Shown here piece by piece: positions 13,401 through 25,500 of a stretch of 60,161 nt of DNA. The stretch comes from Phoronis australis (Eukaryota > Animalia > Phoronida), in NCBI GenBank assembly GCA_002633005.1, contig NMRA01000196.1:354955-415115 (forward strand), in the 5' to 3' direction. The translations under genes and the position numbers were made by a program. How positions within the stretch are numbered: position 1 is the stretch's first letter; each line of letters starts with the position of its first letter. The notes under the pieces are model-generated. The model was not told where the DNA came from, did no database searches, and was given only the letters and a program-made list of their open reading frames with translations.

Positions 13401-15011
13401 CTTTTTTGCTGAAAACAACCCAAGCATACCCTGTACACGTGATTACCAATTTTTAAATCGGCATTCACAGTTGAACAACCTTGCTGCTGTCTTAATAAAT
13501 TCGAAGACCGTCATTCCGAAATCACCTGAAATAAGTAGCAGATCGGGAGTTGCATTCACTATGCGAAAAGAAAAACAAAAGGTAAAACACATCTGGTTGC
13601 CAACTATATCGCCTCGTCCTTCTTATGATGACAGGTACATGTAACTATTCAATTGACTATAATGAGTTGTATTGTATGATGGCTTTCAAATTCTAAAATG
13701 TTGCCAAAGATTTGATACACGTAACGCTACATGTAACTCACCTTTTTGACGATTCCAGTTCTTAGTGACCGTCCTTCAAGCAGCCTATCTCCCGTCGAAA
13801 GGATTGGAGAGAAACCCGGATCCTTATGTGGTAATTAACCTTACTGGACAACCGTCGCTTCACCAAGAACGAAGAACGGAAACAGTATCGGACAACTGCA
13901 ATCCTGTCTTTAACGCATCGTCGGTCCTACCGTTTAAAGTACGTTGTAACTTTGAACGGAGGGTTTTTTCTTATTTGCACCTTGTCAAAATAATTTATTT
14001 AAAATACATGTAGATGTCCAAATAGTTTGATCAAATAGAAGAATTAGGTTGTGGATCCTAAATCCAATTTCTGAATTCAAACTTACCCCCAATTTCTTGG
14101 TATTTTCAACTTTGTTTTGGTACGAACACGGAATGATTATTTTAGAGCCCTAGCTGTTGTTCAATTATTGTTGGATCCCCACGTTAAAGCTACATGTGAA
14201 GCAGAAGAAGAGTTTCGAAACTAGTCCACACGCCTGGTGATTTGTCTTTTGATTTGGAAAATTTGAAATAATTCATTGAGGTTATATATGATATGACTGA
14301 TGGGATTTCTTTGGAATGTTCAGCTACATTGTTTTTTTCACTGTTAACTTAACACGCTGTTATTACTTGTTTTTAAAACGTTCCACTTATGCATGAGGGA
14401 CTATCATTAATAGCATTTTGTGATTTTGTGACATCAACTAAAAAATTGCACAAATATAAACCGAAACGATTTTTCAAAAAAAAGAGTTTTTGAGATCTCA
14501 TCTCGAACATTAACATCAAATAAAATTTGATCATGCTACGGATAACTTTGTTTTGCTGTGAATGTTGTCTTTCTTTCTTGGTTAAAATTTACTCAAAAGA
14601 CATAATCAGGTGACTCAATATTGGTGCAAAGTCAAAAATTATTTTGTACGTTGTTTCTGTGCTGCTTTCAGAAAATGCAGACTTCTACTGTTTTAAAACC
14701 CTTACTTTTGTAGATATTTGGCTGAATACGAAGACTTGGCAGTATTAGGCCCTACGTAACCTCAACCTCAACATTGTCACACTTTAATTACATTGTGTTG
14801 TCCTGCTTTTAAAAGCGTTCTCATGTTTCGTTTTAAGGTCGAGTCCGAAGACCTTCGAAAGCTGAGCTTACGCCTTGAAGTGTTCGACAAAGACGTTATC
14901 GGCGACGATCAGTTACTAGCGGCCACTGAAATCCCATTGCTGAACGTCCGAATCTCTACTGGCCAAACCAGACGTGATGGAGTTTGGGTTGCATTAAACA
15001 CCATTGACTGA
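1304..15011 (+). CDS. Gene A: stonustoxin-like MACPF/CDC pore-forming protein with C-terminal C2 domain, about 520 aa, 9 exons
   Basis: Exons 1304-1456, 3260-3433, 8117-8320, 9735-10055, 10333-10479, 11566-11709, 12542-12607, 13759-13938, 14838-15011. All introns are GT-AG, the joined frame is open, and each exon has a counterpart in gene B. Motifs LGSLYNAY..VYPG, PTHYIRTIHYGG and GIPLMVELVPL resemble SNTX-family motifs; C2 motifs are VLQAAYLP..DPYV, NPVFN and LEVFDKD..GDD. Confidence 0.88.
2336..2790. mobile_element. degenerate fold-back (MITE-like) element in gene A intron 1
   Basis: The two halves are imperfect reverse complements (ATTTCATGCCAGGA vs TCCTGGCATGAAAT; TACTCAAAA vs TTTTGAGTA). 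Confidence 0.5.
3260..3433 (+). CDS. Gene A exon 2 (putative membrane-inserting hairpin TMH1)
   Basis: TTTTTCAG acceptor, ACG|GTAAAT donor; RINSS...HKT; alternating pattern VSARIALSARASGASASLGY; same length (174 nt) as gene B exon 2. Confidence 0.88.
5168..5215 (-). ncRNA. hammerhead ribozyme motif, core-mutated copy
   Basis: The reverse strand reads CTT-CTGATAA-T-GGTGT..ACACC-GAAA-CATGTC-AAG; CUGAUGA has become CUGAUAA. Confidence 0.65.
7003..7050 (+). ncRNA. minimal type I hammerhead ribozyme motif
   Basis: CTT-CTGATGA(7008-7014)-T-GGTGT..ACACC-GAAA(7037-7040)-CAT-GTC-AAG: intact core, stem II, palindromic ACATGT stem III, GUC cleavage triplet and CTT/AAG stem I, located at a Penelope 3' end. 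Confidence 0.8.
8117..8320 (+). CDS. Gene A exon 3 (MACPF core, PTHYIRTIHYGG)
   Basis: CTTTAG acceptor, ATG|GTATGT donor; 68 codons; paralogous to 26658-26855. Confidence 0.9.
9735..10055 (+). CDS. Gene A exon 4 (end of MACPF domain, start of helical region)
   Basis: TTGCAG acceptor, TCA|GTGAGA donor; SVGGDV...NGGAGIPLMVELVPL...DEIES; paralogous to 27136-27450. Confidence 0.9.
10333..10479 (+). CDS. Gene A exon 5 (helical region, IYAEAQ...DRIDFE)
   Basis: TTGTAG acceptor, GAG|GTAAAT donor; 147 nt like gene B 28693-28839; missed by the ORF track. Confidence 0.88.
11566..11709 (+). CDS. Gene A exon 6 (ATTIDKLF...SVIL)
   Basis: TTGCAG acceptor, CTG|GTGAGA donor; GIDTKQC shared with gene B exon 6. 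Confidence 0.88.
12542..12607 (+). CDS. Gene A exon 7 (KMMHIQKPMVQITMEYSKEIHT; first strand of C2)
   Basis: TTTTCCAG acceptor, ACA|GTAAGG donor; 66 nt like gene B exon 7 (M.Q.T.EY). Confidence 0.8.
13759..13938 (+). CDS. Gene A exon 8 (C2 domain)
   Basis: TTCCAG acceptor, AAA|GTACGT donor; FLVTVLQAAYLP...PDPYVV...NPVFN. Confidence 0.9.
14838..15011 (+). CDS. Gene A exon 9 (C2 domain end, stop)
   Basis: TTTTAAG acceptor; LRLEVFDKDVIGDDQLL...GVWVAL; TGA at 15009-15011. Confidence 0.9.
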   Translation, partial: VESEDLRKLSLRLEVFDKDVIGDDQLLAATEIPLLNVRISTGQTRRDGVWVALNTID

Positions 15012-15170
15012 ATCATATGCGAAAGTTCTTAAGTGTGTGCACTGTATATTTGGGGGTTGGTGTGAAATGATGTAACAGATTCGTTCAGGATTTTTAGAAT
15101 ACGTCAAGGTCCAGGGGACTTTTATAATCTTTTCAAACTGTCATAAATTAAAATATTCGTCTATTCTTAC

Positions 15171-15176
15171 AATAAA
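15171..15176 (+). terminator. candidate poly(A) signal of gene A
   Basis: AATAAA 160 nt after the stop codon. Confidence 0.5.
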
Positions 15177-16169
15177 ACCGCAAGAGGGAGATAACAGGCA
15201 CTTGGATTTCAGCGTATTCAAACAACACAGCTCACGCACTTACATGTACTTCCTTATTATTGAACACGGCTCAATGGCCTTTACCAAGCTTACTAAATTG
15301 CAATTGTACGCCCGCACTCATAAAACATAACTTTCGCGTACAAAAGGTGCTGCACACGAACTCACATCCAGAATCAACAAACACGGCAATCTGGCCACAA
15401 AAATCACTCTGGCACACATAAACACGGGTCATCCACGTCTTTGTCGGTGGATGTGAATTCGTAAACTTTGTGCTGTTTGGACACATCAGCCGTGTGTAGT
15501 GTGTAGTGCAGCCTGAGCTTGTGAGCCCAGTGCAGGTTTCAGGTTCGTGAGCCGTGTTCACGAATGTAAAACGTTGTTCACAAGTGAGTAAGCCCTGTTG
15601 TTCAGGTAGTCTAGAGTTTTGTGCCTTTGGTGCACAGTTTAAAAATGACGCAACAAGCCAACCAGCACAACCAGGAAAGGTAGCAGAAAATATTACGAAT
15701 ATGATAATGTAAGTATAATTATCTTATTAGAAGAGTTGATTGGACAGGGTTTCAGTACATTCTGGGGTAGTAACATTTAATGGTTTCAGGTATTGAGTGT
15801 ATCTCATGCACGCGTGTAAAGGAAAATAAACTAGCAGTAATATATTGAATTATTTTATCTGTTTTTTTATTCAAAACGAGGTATATAAATAACTACGCCA
15901 TTTACTAATAAAGACCAATAATATCCGTCGTTTTTACGAAGATGTGCAATGGCTTAAGTTTAGATTTGTAAAAAGCTAGAGCTGAAACAGCTGGAGCTAT
16001 TTGGCGAATATGCTGAAGCAAGTTAGAAAATGAGCTTCACTCGCCACACTTGCCTTAAATCAATGCGGGGTCAATTTTAGCAAACTTTTCCGTAATTCAG
16101 CAAAGATTTGTGAGTTGACAAGCATGGCTAAACATAGTCTCTTTTCAAAATTTATCAATCCACTTAAGG

Positions 16170-17855
16170 CCCACGTAATCCTAATGACATACTACGTCAC
16201 CCGGTAGGGATAAGTTGCATGTAATCTCAATAATGTACTTCATCACATGGTACGGATAAGGTACGTGTAATGCTCTACATAAGGTTAATATTATCAGAAT
16301 AATATACATCTCATAGTTCCCATAATGTACATGTAATCTCAATAATATAATTCATCGCATGGTACAGATAAGGTACGTGTAATGCTCTACATAAGGTTAA
16401 TTTTATCAGAATAATATACATCTCATAGTTCACCTAGGCCCATGTAATATGAATAATATATTTCACCACATGGTACGGATAAGGTACGAGTAATCTCAAT
16501 AACATACTACTTCACACTGGTACGGATAAAACGCGTGCAATCACAATAATAAAGTGCATCACTTGACTCGGGCAAGGTACATGTAATCTCAATAATATAC
16601 TACGTTATATGGTATGGATATACACAAAACGTACCGAGAGTGGCGTACATGAAGTAATATCCAACTCGACATTATTCATCGTAGCGACCGACACCGAAGG
16701 TCGAGATCGATACGCGGAATAATGTATCGTGGGATATTACTTCATGTACACCAATCGCGGTAAGTTTTGTATTTATCCTATACTCTTCGAGTTCCTTAGT
16801 TTCTTTCATTTTTCCTCAGATTTTTTAAATACTTCACTCAGACTGTTCACGTGGCGGATCACATCCTATGTGTAGTGTACTTGCGCATTAGGCTGCAAGC
16901 TTTCTCTAGTAAAAGAAACAGTTTTAAATGTGACGATTTATCACTTGATAAGAGATAACAAAGATGAAAACAAGGGTAACTTTTCATTGAAATTGTATCA
17001 TCTCCTGAAAATAGTTAAATAAAAACAATATGTGATATTGTATTTACCGAGGAATCGGCGGCTGAGTTGCAAACGATAAAATATTTAGCAAATGAAAAAA
17101 GAGACAGACCTGTCATATAATTAACAGTCCTGTTCCAGATGTTACGATTGAGAGCTGATTGCATGTTGAGCATTATTTACACTGCTATAATTGTATTACT
17201 TTAAGCTATTTTCCGAAAGTTTAGTGATCGAACTGGCTAACGACGTGGAGTCGACATTCACCTACCTATTGAACTTTCCATGTCAGAGGTCAATGTTGAA
17301 GTAGTGCGGGAAGTGAATACGGAAAACGTTATAACGTGGCCGTATTTCCCTCGACAGATTCAACGCGTATGGGATAAAAAGTAAAAGTAATCTCAATAAT
17401 ATAATCAAATGATATGGAGAAGGTACATGCAGTCTCTATAAAATTCTACATCACATGGTTCCGATAAGGTGCATGGAATCTTAATAATATACGACATAAT
17501 ATGGTATGGGTAAGGTACATGTACGTGTTATCTCTGCAATATACTGCATGACATTGTGCGGATATGGTAATGGTAGTTTCAGGAACATACTACATCGCTT
17601 GGTACGGATAAGGTGGAACAATCTCAGTAGTATTCTACATGAGGAACAATATACACCTTATGATTCATATAAGACACGTGTAATCTCAATAATATACTGC
17701 ATCACAAGGTATGACCATGGTACATATAATCTCATTAATATATCACATCGCATCGTTTGGATTATGCTCTGCATCACATGTTAAGGATAAGGTATATGTA
17801 ATCGCAATAACATCCTACATGTATATCATTTGGCACGAATAAGATACACGTTACT
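16170..17855. repeat. 46-bp minisatellite array split by an insertion
   Basis: Diverged units of consensus CATGTAATCTCAATAATATACTACATCACATGGTACGGATAAGGTA at about 16170-16620 and 17385-17855. Confidence 0.85.
16620..17378 (+). mobile_element. non-autonomous element with an asymmetric terminal hairpin (family unresolved), copy 1
   Basis: Interrupts the minisatellite; inverted arms at 16620-16662 and 16731-16772; homologous inverted copy at 32663-33843. Confidence 0.7.
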
Positions 17856-19040
17856 TGATTGGTGCTGTTTTCAGTACAAACTACAAAAATTGACACAGAG
17901 CAGCTGACACGGAACGAGTTGACACGGTGCAATGTGTGTGAACTGAAGTTGACACGGAACAAGTTGTCTCAATTTCCAGTAGCTTTTGAAGTATAGCAGC
18001 TTGAGCCCTGTCATCTCGTTCTCCGTCGAAAACGAAGCTAATTCAAGTCGGACGAGATCAGGTTCCCTGTCATTGCGTAATAGCCGTATATTCGGTTAAC
18101 ATTTTTGCGCCGTATATTCGACTGATTTCTTTTACCATTTACCGATTTATGTCAACTGTTGGCAGTTTACACTTTTTTCTACCTTTAAATATTCAAAACT
18201 TACACAACTTTCTCTTTCTTCATTTCTGCCAGTGTAACCTTGAGTATGCACAATCCATATTACTGCCTATAATTTTACGATTCTCGCAGTCACTAACATG
18301 CTAAACCCCGTGGCACGGAAACACTAAAAGGTGACTCTGAAAATCTGTGCACGGTGGGGCACCACAGTATATTTGTACACATATATAAATGCACGGGTTG
18401 TTTGAAGGTACATGACAAAAATCGCAGCCTTTTCCTCAGTTCCTACGGCGCTATCAATATACAACAATGCTACAGAAAGCCGGCAGTTTGAAGAAAGGGT
18501 ATTCACAGTAGAACAAATGGCCTTTTCTCATTCAAAACATGGTTACAAATGCAAGCAAACCAGACTTACTACTTGTAATTCATACCTCAAAACTGTTTCC
18601 AGCCCGGGCGTACTCGAAGAATTAACTACGTGCCACATAGATTTCAAAAAATGTAAATTAGAGAAATGGGTGCTCCGGGACCAGCGCTGCGATTAGATGG
18701 AATTGGAATTTAGAAAGATTTAATGGTCAAATTGTACGTTCAGTTTGGTATGTGGAAAAGTTTGATTACGGACATTGAAATGCAGTTGCTATCTTGAATC
18801 GATAGATGATCACGTGTTTAATTAACTTTTTGAAATAATTGAAACATCTCTGAAAAGGTCCAGAACGATACTGCAGACTAAAACCGACATCGTTCAAAAG
18901 CTTGCACAGCACTGCACTGACTCGATCTGTAGAAGATGCCCAATACACAGACACAAACACGAACCCATGCTGTGTTATTTCCAGACACAACAGATTATCG
19001 TTCATGTAAGATATAATTGCTTAATTGAATATCACTCAGA

Positions 19041-19539
19041 GAAAACGAAAACACGAGACTAGCATAACAGGGCCCTAATTGCCCGCCAGTTTTATACTTG
19101 TAACGGTACCCCGGCATGAAATTGGATTTTCCAGCATAATCTCATTATGCGTCGCATTTTTCTACCTGTTGTCCCTGGTCGCGGTATAAATGTAGCAAGA
19201 CATATTTATTACAAGTGCAGTCCTGCAGGTGATCTTGGTCTCCTAGTTCATTCGAATTTATTGTTTTAAATTCAAGATGGCCGACATGCTGTATGTCCCT
19301 TACAGCGGCAACATGAGCCTGGGTTCTTTGTACAACGCCTATTCGGATGAAGTTTGCCCCGGTCTGGTGTTTGGTGAGATTAAAAAGCCCATGATTGTAC
19401 ACTGGAACACTATAGATACAAGCAGTAAGGTAAGTCTAAGTGGATTATGAAACTGCTAGAGCAGCACCGATGCCGGGAATTTCCAAAAACAGGCCCACCC
19501 AAAACTACGCGCACGGGCGTTTTTTTCGGAAAATTTCCC
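19041..19539 (+). promoter_or_regulatory. gene B promoter/first-intron motifs: IRF-type GAAANNGAAA, kB-like sites, TATA box
   Basis: GAAAACGAAA 19041-19050; TGGATTTTCC 19123-19132; TATAAA 19185-19190; GGGAATTTCC 19475-19484; GGAAAATTTCCC 19528-19539. Confidence 0.55.
19277..19429 (+). CDS. Gene B exon 1 (MADMLYVPYSGNMSLGSLYNAY...DTSSK)
   Basis: AAGATGG start context, AAG|GTAAGT donor, TATA box about 90 nt upstream. Confidence 0.9.
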
Positions 19540-22500
19540 AACCTTTCACACATGCGGGTATTGTGGGTAACTGTTTGCATGTTTTGAAAATATGATGGAT
19601 TGTTCTGAAATACATGTTTAATATATTTTGATGTAAGCGTGTATTCGTATTCATTTGACGTTGTTGAAATGTCGTTTTTATTATAACCCCACATTGGCCT
19701 ATTTTCGGAAATTACCGGTAGTAGCTGCAGCTGCACCCGCAACACAGACTCCAGTACTTGCTAACGTTGCTGCTATAGCAACTCTAGTGTCGACAAAGAT
19801 GAATTATGGTTGCACTACCTAATATTATACAAATAAGGCTATGCGTTCAAGCAAAGGCCTCCCTAATCTTTAAAATGAAAATCAGTAAAACTAAACATTT
19901 CCGGAGAGTATAAACTCTTTTACATTTGATTTTTTAGTTTATAACAATCTACCATTGATTGAGCCACGTGACAACCCACGGGAAACTAGGCCCCGTGCAA
20001 ATCGCATAGACAACGATAAATTCATCAAAAAAGAATTTTACATTGATAGAAAAGAAGGGAACATAGTCGCACAAATCATGAAAGTTGTACTTTGATATTC
20101 TCTAGGAAAAGCTGATTAATTTAGACACAATTTCTAACACTTTTTTTAAAGAAAACTGGAACTTTCATTTAATTTTGCTCAGTCATAACTGAGATAGAAT
20201 GTTCCGAAGTTCGCAAAATGTGGAACTGTTCTTGGGTCATGCATAAATTTAACGTGTCGTATTTAACCTTCGTTCGTCTGTTTTTCTTAATATGGATTAG
20301 ACCATTTAAGGGGCCAAATATACTGCAAAAGACAATGGCCTGAGATCCCTTGCCTTACTTTACAATTAGTTTTTAGATGGTTTAAACTAAAGTAGAATGT
20401 ACTTCCAAGCTGGGTTTTGATAAACAAAATATGTAAGGAGTATTTAAAATAATTTGTATTAATTTCTGGAGAGGATAGAGATAATCATTTAACAAAATTT
20501 AGCTTTACATTATTAATCAATCTTTTATTGTTGACCACCTATTTGTAAACGTGCCAAATTCTGAATATTTCGAAAAAATGTTCTTCTCTGAACGTCAATG
20601 CAGATCTAATCCTTTTGCAATACAGCTAAATTTGGACTTTCACCTTTATTACCCCTTTGCTTATGTTAGGGGAATTTTCAAAGTCATCAATTTTGCTGTG
20701 GGTGGTTTGTGCACCTGTTGCCAATGGTAACTCCAATAGCTAGAAAGATATGATAGGCTTGCGTGTATTGAATAACGCGTTAATTCCCTTTATTGCTGTG
20801 CGTTGGGTCTCTCTAGTGTATAATTAGTTAGAGTTATGATAGACTGCAATGTCCCGGTTCTAAACACTATCAAACTGTGATTGAGATGTGTTATATATTC
20901 TGTTATTCGTCGTTATTAACGAAGGCTTGCAATCGCCCAAATCAGTCAATAAATTCAAGTCGCTCAAATCAACAATATTTTACTAACACACACACACTGG
21001 AAATGACTAAGAATTCTGAGTTTGATATTAATCAGACATCAGTTTTTATGATTGGTTCAAAAAGGAAATGTCAAACAGGCTGAAAAGAGTTCTGTTCACC
21101 ACACCATTGTGAGATCAGTCCCACTCAGTTGCATGGTTCTTCTGTGGATTCATTTAGCATTGCATCTAAATAATCAACCTGTTTATGGACTCCAATATCT
21201 ACCAGCCTTGGTCGATTTACTTCATGAAGCGAATATTCATCTCTAAAGCACATCGAGCCGTTAGGAAATATATTAGTGAGTTAATGAGTCAAATCTGTTA
21301 ACGTGTAAAACCAGTACGCGTTAACCATTGGCAGACTTGGAATTCCATACCTAGTATACATGTTCTTACGTGAAGCTGCGTCTAAGACTGTCACGTGAAC
21401 ATGATTGCTCATGTTGCAAGTTATTTAAGTGCGTACTGAAATTTAATTTAAACTTTCAAGCCAAATTTTGTAATTTCGAAGAAAATAAGAACTATTCAAA
21501 AATAGTTGTAACATTAAATAACATTCTCAGCATCGTGTTTGATTGGAAAACTAACACAGAAATTTGAATTTTCTCCTGTTGATTTGTTGTACTTCAACCT
21601 ACAGTTGTATCATATGAATGCAGAGGTTTGCATTCGAAGGAGGTCCATGCGGTTAGCACCAATTTTTTGCCTCCATTGTACTGTTAGAATGGAGATGTAG
21701 GCTACAGTTACGTAAGTGCTTGTTGAACCAAAATACATGTACGTCGCAACGCTTCAACATAGGACGAATATGAAGCGTCAAAGGGATCTTAAACGAGTAC
21801 CTTTCTGCGCGTTGAAATGTGCTTATTCAACTCGCACTTTTGCTTGATTAGAGCTGTTTATTAATCATACGCGCTGAGATGAGATCGCAACATACATTTT
21901 CTTAGTTTTTGAGGTTCAGAGAGCTAATATGAAATAAATACCATAATGTCTAACTAAATAAGCACTTTTTATGCCAAAAAGTCGCATTTTTTAATATTGA
22001 AGAAAAATTAGTTATTTCCAAGTTTCCCGCCAAATGATGTAATGGGTGGAAGACGTTTGGTCACTTGACCAACTGCAATGGTGGAATACAACAGATCAGG
22101 GCCCGTTCCAACAAAACTGACTTAGCTAAGACAAATCTTAAATTTTAGTAAATTTTACAATAAAAGTTAAATTTGTCTCAAAACCAATTAAAGAAAGAAA
22201 TCTTAAGTTTGACTTAAATGTTTCACATAAATTTTGTCTTAATTTTCACTAACTTACCGAATATGGAAGTTTCATTGTTTGGAAGTTAAGACAAATCTTA
22301 AACTTAAGTCAAAAATAAACTTAAGTCAGTTTCTTGGAACAAGTCCCAGGGCACAGTTGCATAAACGTTACACGTTGTATAGAAACAATGACGTCCCATT
22401 ATCACGCGTCACGTTGTTATTGTTGAACAATGCACTTGACGTCATGCAACAATTACATGTAAACTTATCCAGCGGATAACTTTTGAAGCTTTACGCAACT

Positions 22501-25500
22501 CAGCCCAGAAGACGAGGACGATTTTGAGCAAGAACTGGAGAATTATTATGCAGACAGGTAGAAGAGTGGTTACGGGCATCGCATTCAAGTACTGGAAAAA
22601 TCAGACGATGAATTCGAACTCCCACTTAACGAACTTTCGTCGGCTTTGAGGCCGAAAAAACTCGACCCCCTTGCACGAGGCATATGTGACCCAAAACCAA
22701 CCAAGGGATGGTCAATATTCACAAAATACACACTCAATAATCACTAACCAGAGATGGATCTACAGGGGGGTTCAGGGGGTTCAAACCCCCCTCGGGAAAG
22801 GATCAAAAATAAAAACTGAAAAACTTCGCCATAAAATCGAAATTAGGTACATGTACTAAAAAACACAAAAAATCTTACACGGGAGGAGGGACATCCTCTC
22901 CCGACCTTCCTTCCCCTCGGCGCTACGCGCNTGGTTACGGGCATCGCATTCAAGTACTGGAAAAATCAGACGATGAATTCGAACTCCCACTTAACGAACT
23001 TTCGTCGGCTTTGAGGCCGAAAAAACTCGACCCCCTTGCACGAGGCATATGTGACCCAAAACCAACCAAGGGATGGTCAATATTCACAAAATACACACTC
23101 AATAATCACTAACCAGAGGTGGATCTACAGGGGGGTTCAGGGGGTTCAAACCCCCCTCGGGAAAGGATCAAAAAGAAAAACTGAAAAACTTCGCCATAAA
23201 ATCGAAATTAGGTACATGTACTAAAAAACACAAAAAATCTTACACGGGAGGAGGGACATCCTCTCCCGACCTTCCTTCCCCTCGGCGCTACGCGCCTCGG
23301 ATTCGCTCGAATCCTACCCCCCCCCCCTTTACTGAAAACGTAGCTCTGCCACTGCTAACAAAGACCACAGTAAACCTGGGTCGCTCGTGTGCACTATTGC
23401 CATGATGGAATTAGCACGGTCTAAACTAGCCTTGGTTCAAAGCTGTATACTAAATACAATAAAGCTTTGCACCGATGTGGGTAAAAAAGTGGTAAGATAA
23501 AATCTGACTCAAAATTAGTGTCATTAAAAACTATAGTCTTCCTTGAGTAAACTAAATTATTCATAGGTGTTGGAAAAAAATGGCGTTCTACCGTTATTCT
23601 GCTGCTAAAGTTGTGGTGCGATCTTTAGCGACGACTTTCGGCGCCATGAAATATTGCGTCACTTATTGGCCTGTTTCTTTTTCGCCGATTCTTCAATCAA
23701 CTGTCCTTCTTTCACGAGGTTGCGTACACGTCACAACAAATTATCGGAACTGATTTCACTTCATTATAAGTTATTAGAATTTTGATACCGAAAACCGAAT
23801 TTCAGAAGAAATTTTACTGCTGCCAAGCTATCACCATCTCCCGAGAGATGTCGCAAAAAATTAGGAAATGGTGCGTGCGCGTGACACGAGCGTACTGTTT
23901 TCAAAACGACGACATACCTTTCATTGTCAGGAAAGGCGGAGAGCTACACATGAAACTGACGTTTATTGCATTGTAACGGGCAAGGTGAGTGTCGGTTGAT
24001 TCCCAGATTTTGTATGCACCCCGTCCGGTCTTTAGCTTTACACATTAATACAAGTTTCACGGCGAGGTGACGAGCAGAACTACCCTGGTTGTGAGCAATT
24101 TCGGGGTCTACGGAAGAAATACACACAGTGGTACCTAGCTGTATTTTGACTACAGTCTTCATACAGCTAGCTGGCTTGCTAGGTCTTAACACAATGCATA
24201 AGCCTACACGTCGTAGCACTCGACCCGGGCCTGGGTCGAGGACCTGGCATCACTCACCCTAGAATGGAAGCAGTTTCTTCGTTATTTATGAATTGTTCTA
24301 ATAGACTTACAAGGTGGCGAGTCCTTCATCGTAACACCGCTTTCGTGTTTGGCCAAAACACGATTCCTTGAAATGTCTAGAAAAAATTGTGACACCCGAC
24401 TGCATCGCACGTTTCTCACTAACATCCCACATTCTCTCGCGGCGCACAATAAGCCGATGCCATTTCTGTGCAACTTTCACGTATTTGTGAAATTTGAACA
24501 CATAGACGTTCTCAGTCAATTTGCTGTTACTACAGCCTCTACAAATGCACGTTTTCATGTCTGAAGAAGGCGGCGCTCTACGGATTTTCATCACAACTCC
24601 TCAGTATTCAGGGGCGGATCCAGGATTTTGAGTTAGGGGGCCCAGGATTTTGGGTTAAATGGGGGCCAGACACAGGAATAACCAGAATTTCGCTACATGC
24701 GCACGCCCAGCCTAAAATACTAAAATGTAGGGGTTTGAACTAAAATTCTGGGTTTTGGACCTTACTACTAAAAAGGGGGGGGGGGACTGGGTTTGTTCAA
24801 GGCTGAAAATGGTTCATTCCGCCCTCCGAGCCCCTTAGGCGCGCGCATGACAGTCAGCCAAATGGAGTGTGTGAGAATTTTAGGGGGGCCATGGCCCTTT
24901 GCCCCCCCCCCCCTAAATCCGCCACTGGTATTGCGCTGGTAAAAACAACAACTGGGGTACGGTCTTGCACCCATTACGTACAACCCTGATAACAGAAAAA
25001 TATATATTTTTCAAAAGTTTTTGGTTTATTTCTTAGCAACAGGTATACTAAAGGCTAGTAAATCTCTTAAGATGTATTAATAAAATTCTTTTTCAGACAC
25101 AGGGTCATGGTGAGAACTCTCTCTGTGCTTATTCAACGCGTTCTCTTGCTTATCAACGCGCACTTTTAACCATACTTTAGTTCAAATTGTCCATATCAAA
25201 ATGGCGGAAGACTTTCTACTATTGCTCAAATGAGTGCGTAAATGATGGTGCTGTTACGTTTAACTTTGTAGCGACTGTAAACTTGGCTTTGATTGGACAT
25301 AACCAATAAGTAATGCAGCGGGTTGATTAAGAGCAGAAAGATAACCGTTCAAGAACTGAATGCAGCGCTACATAAAAAATATTCCTTACTGACATGCTCC
25401 GTCGTGGAATCTCACGGTAACACTATAAGTCGGCTGAACAAATTCGGTAACGACGATTTATGTCGCAAACACCTTTGCGGCATTGCAACGTAGCGCGGTC

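Noticed and set aside
16170-17855. CRISPR-like regular repeats
   Set aside because: Units are contiguous and diverged with no unique spacers or cas genes, in a eukaryotic context; this is a minisatellite.
22567-23295. Duplicated 62-aa ORFs (22671-22859, 23036-23224) in a 364-bp direct repeat
   Set aside because: The copies are joined by a single N and nearly identical, typical of an unmerged contig or haplotype overlap; the ORFs run through a MITE.
24219-24240. GC-rich hairpin CTCGACCC-GGGCCT-GGGTCGAG as a terminator or ncRNA
   Set aside because: Too short, eukaryotic context, and probably a remnant of a small palindromic repeat.
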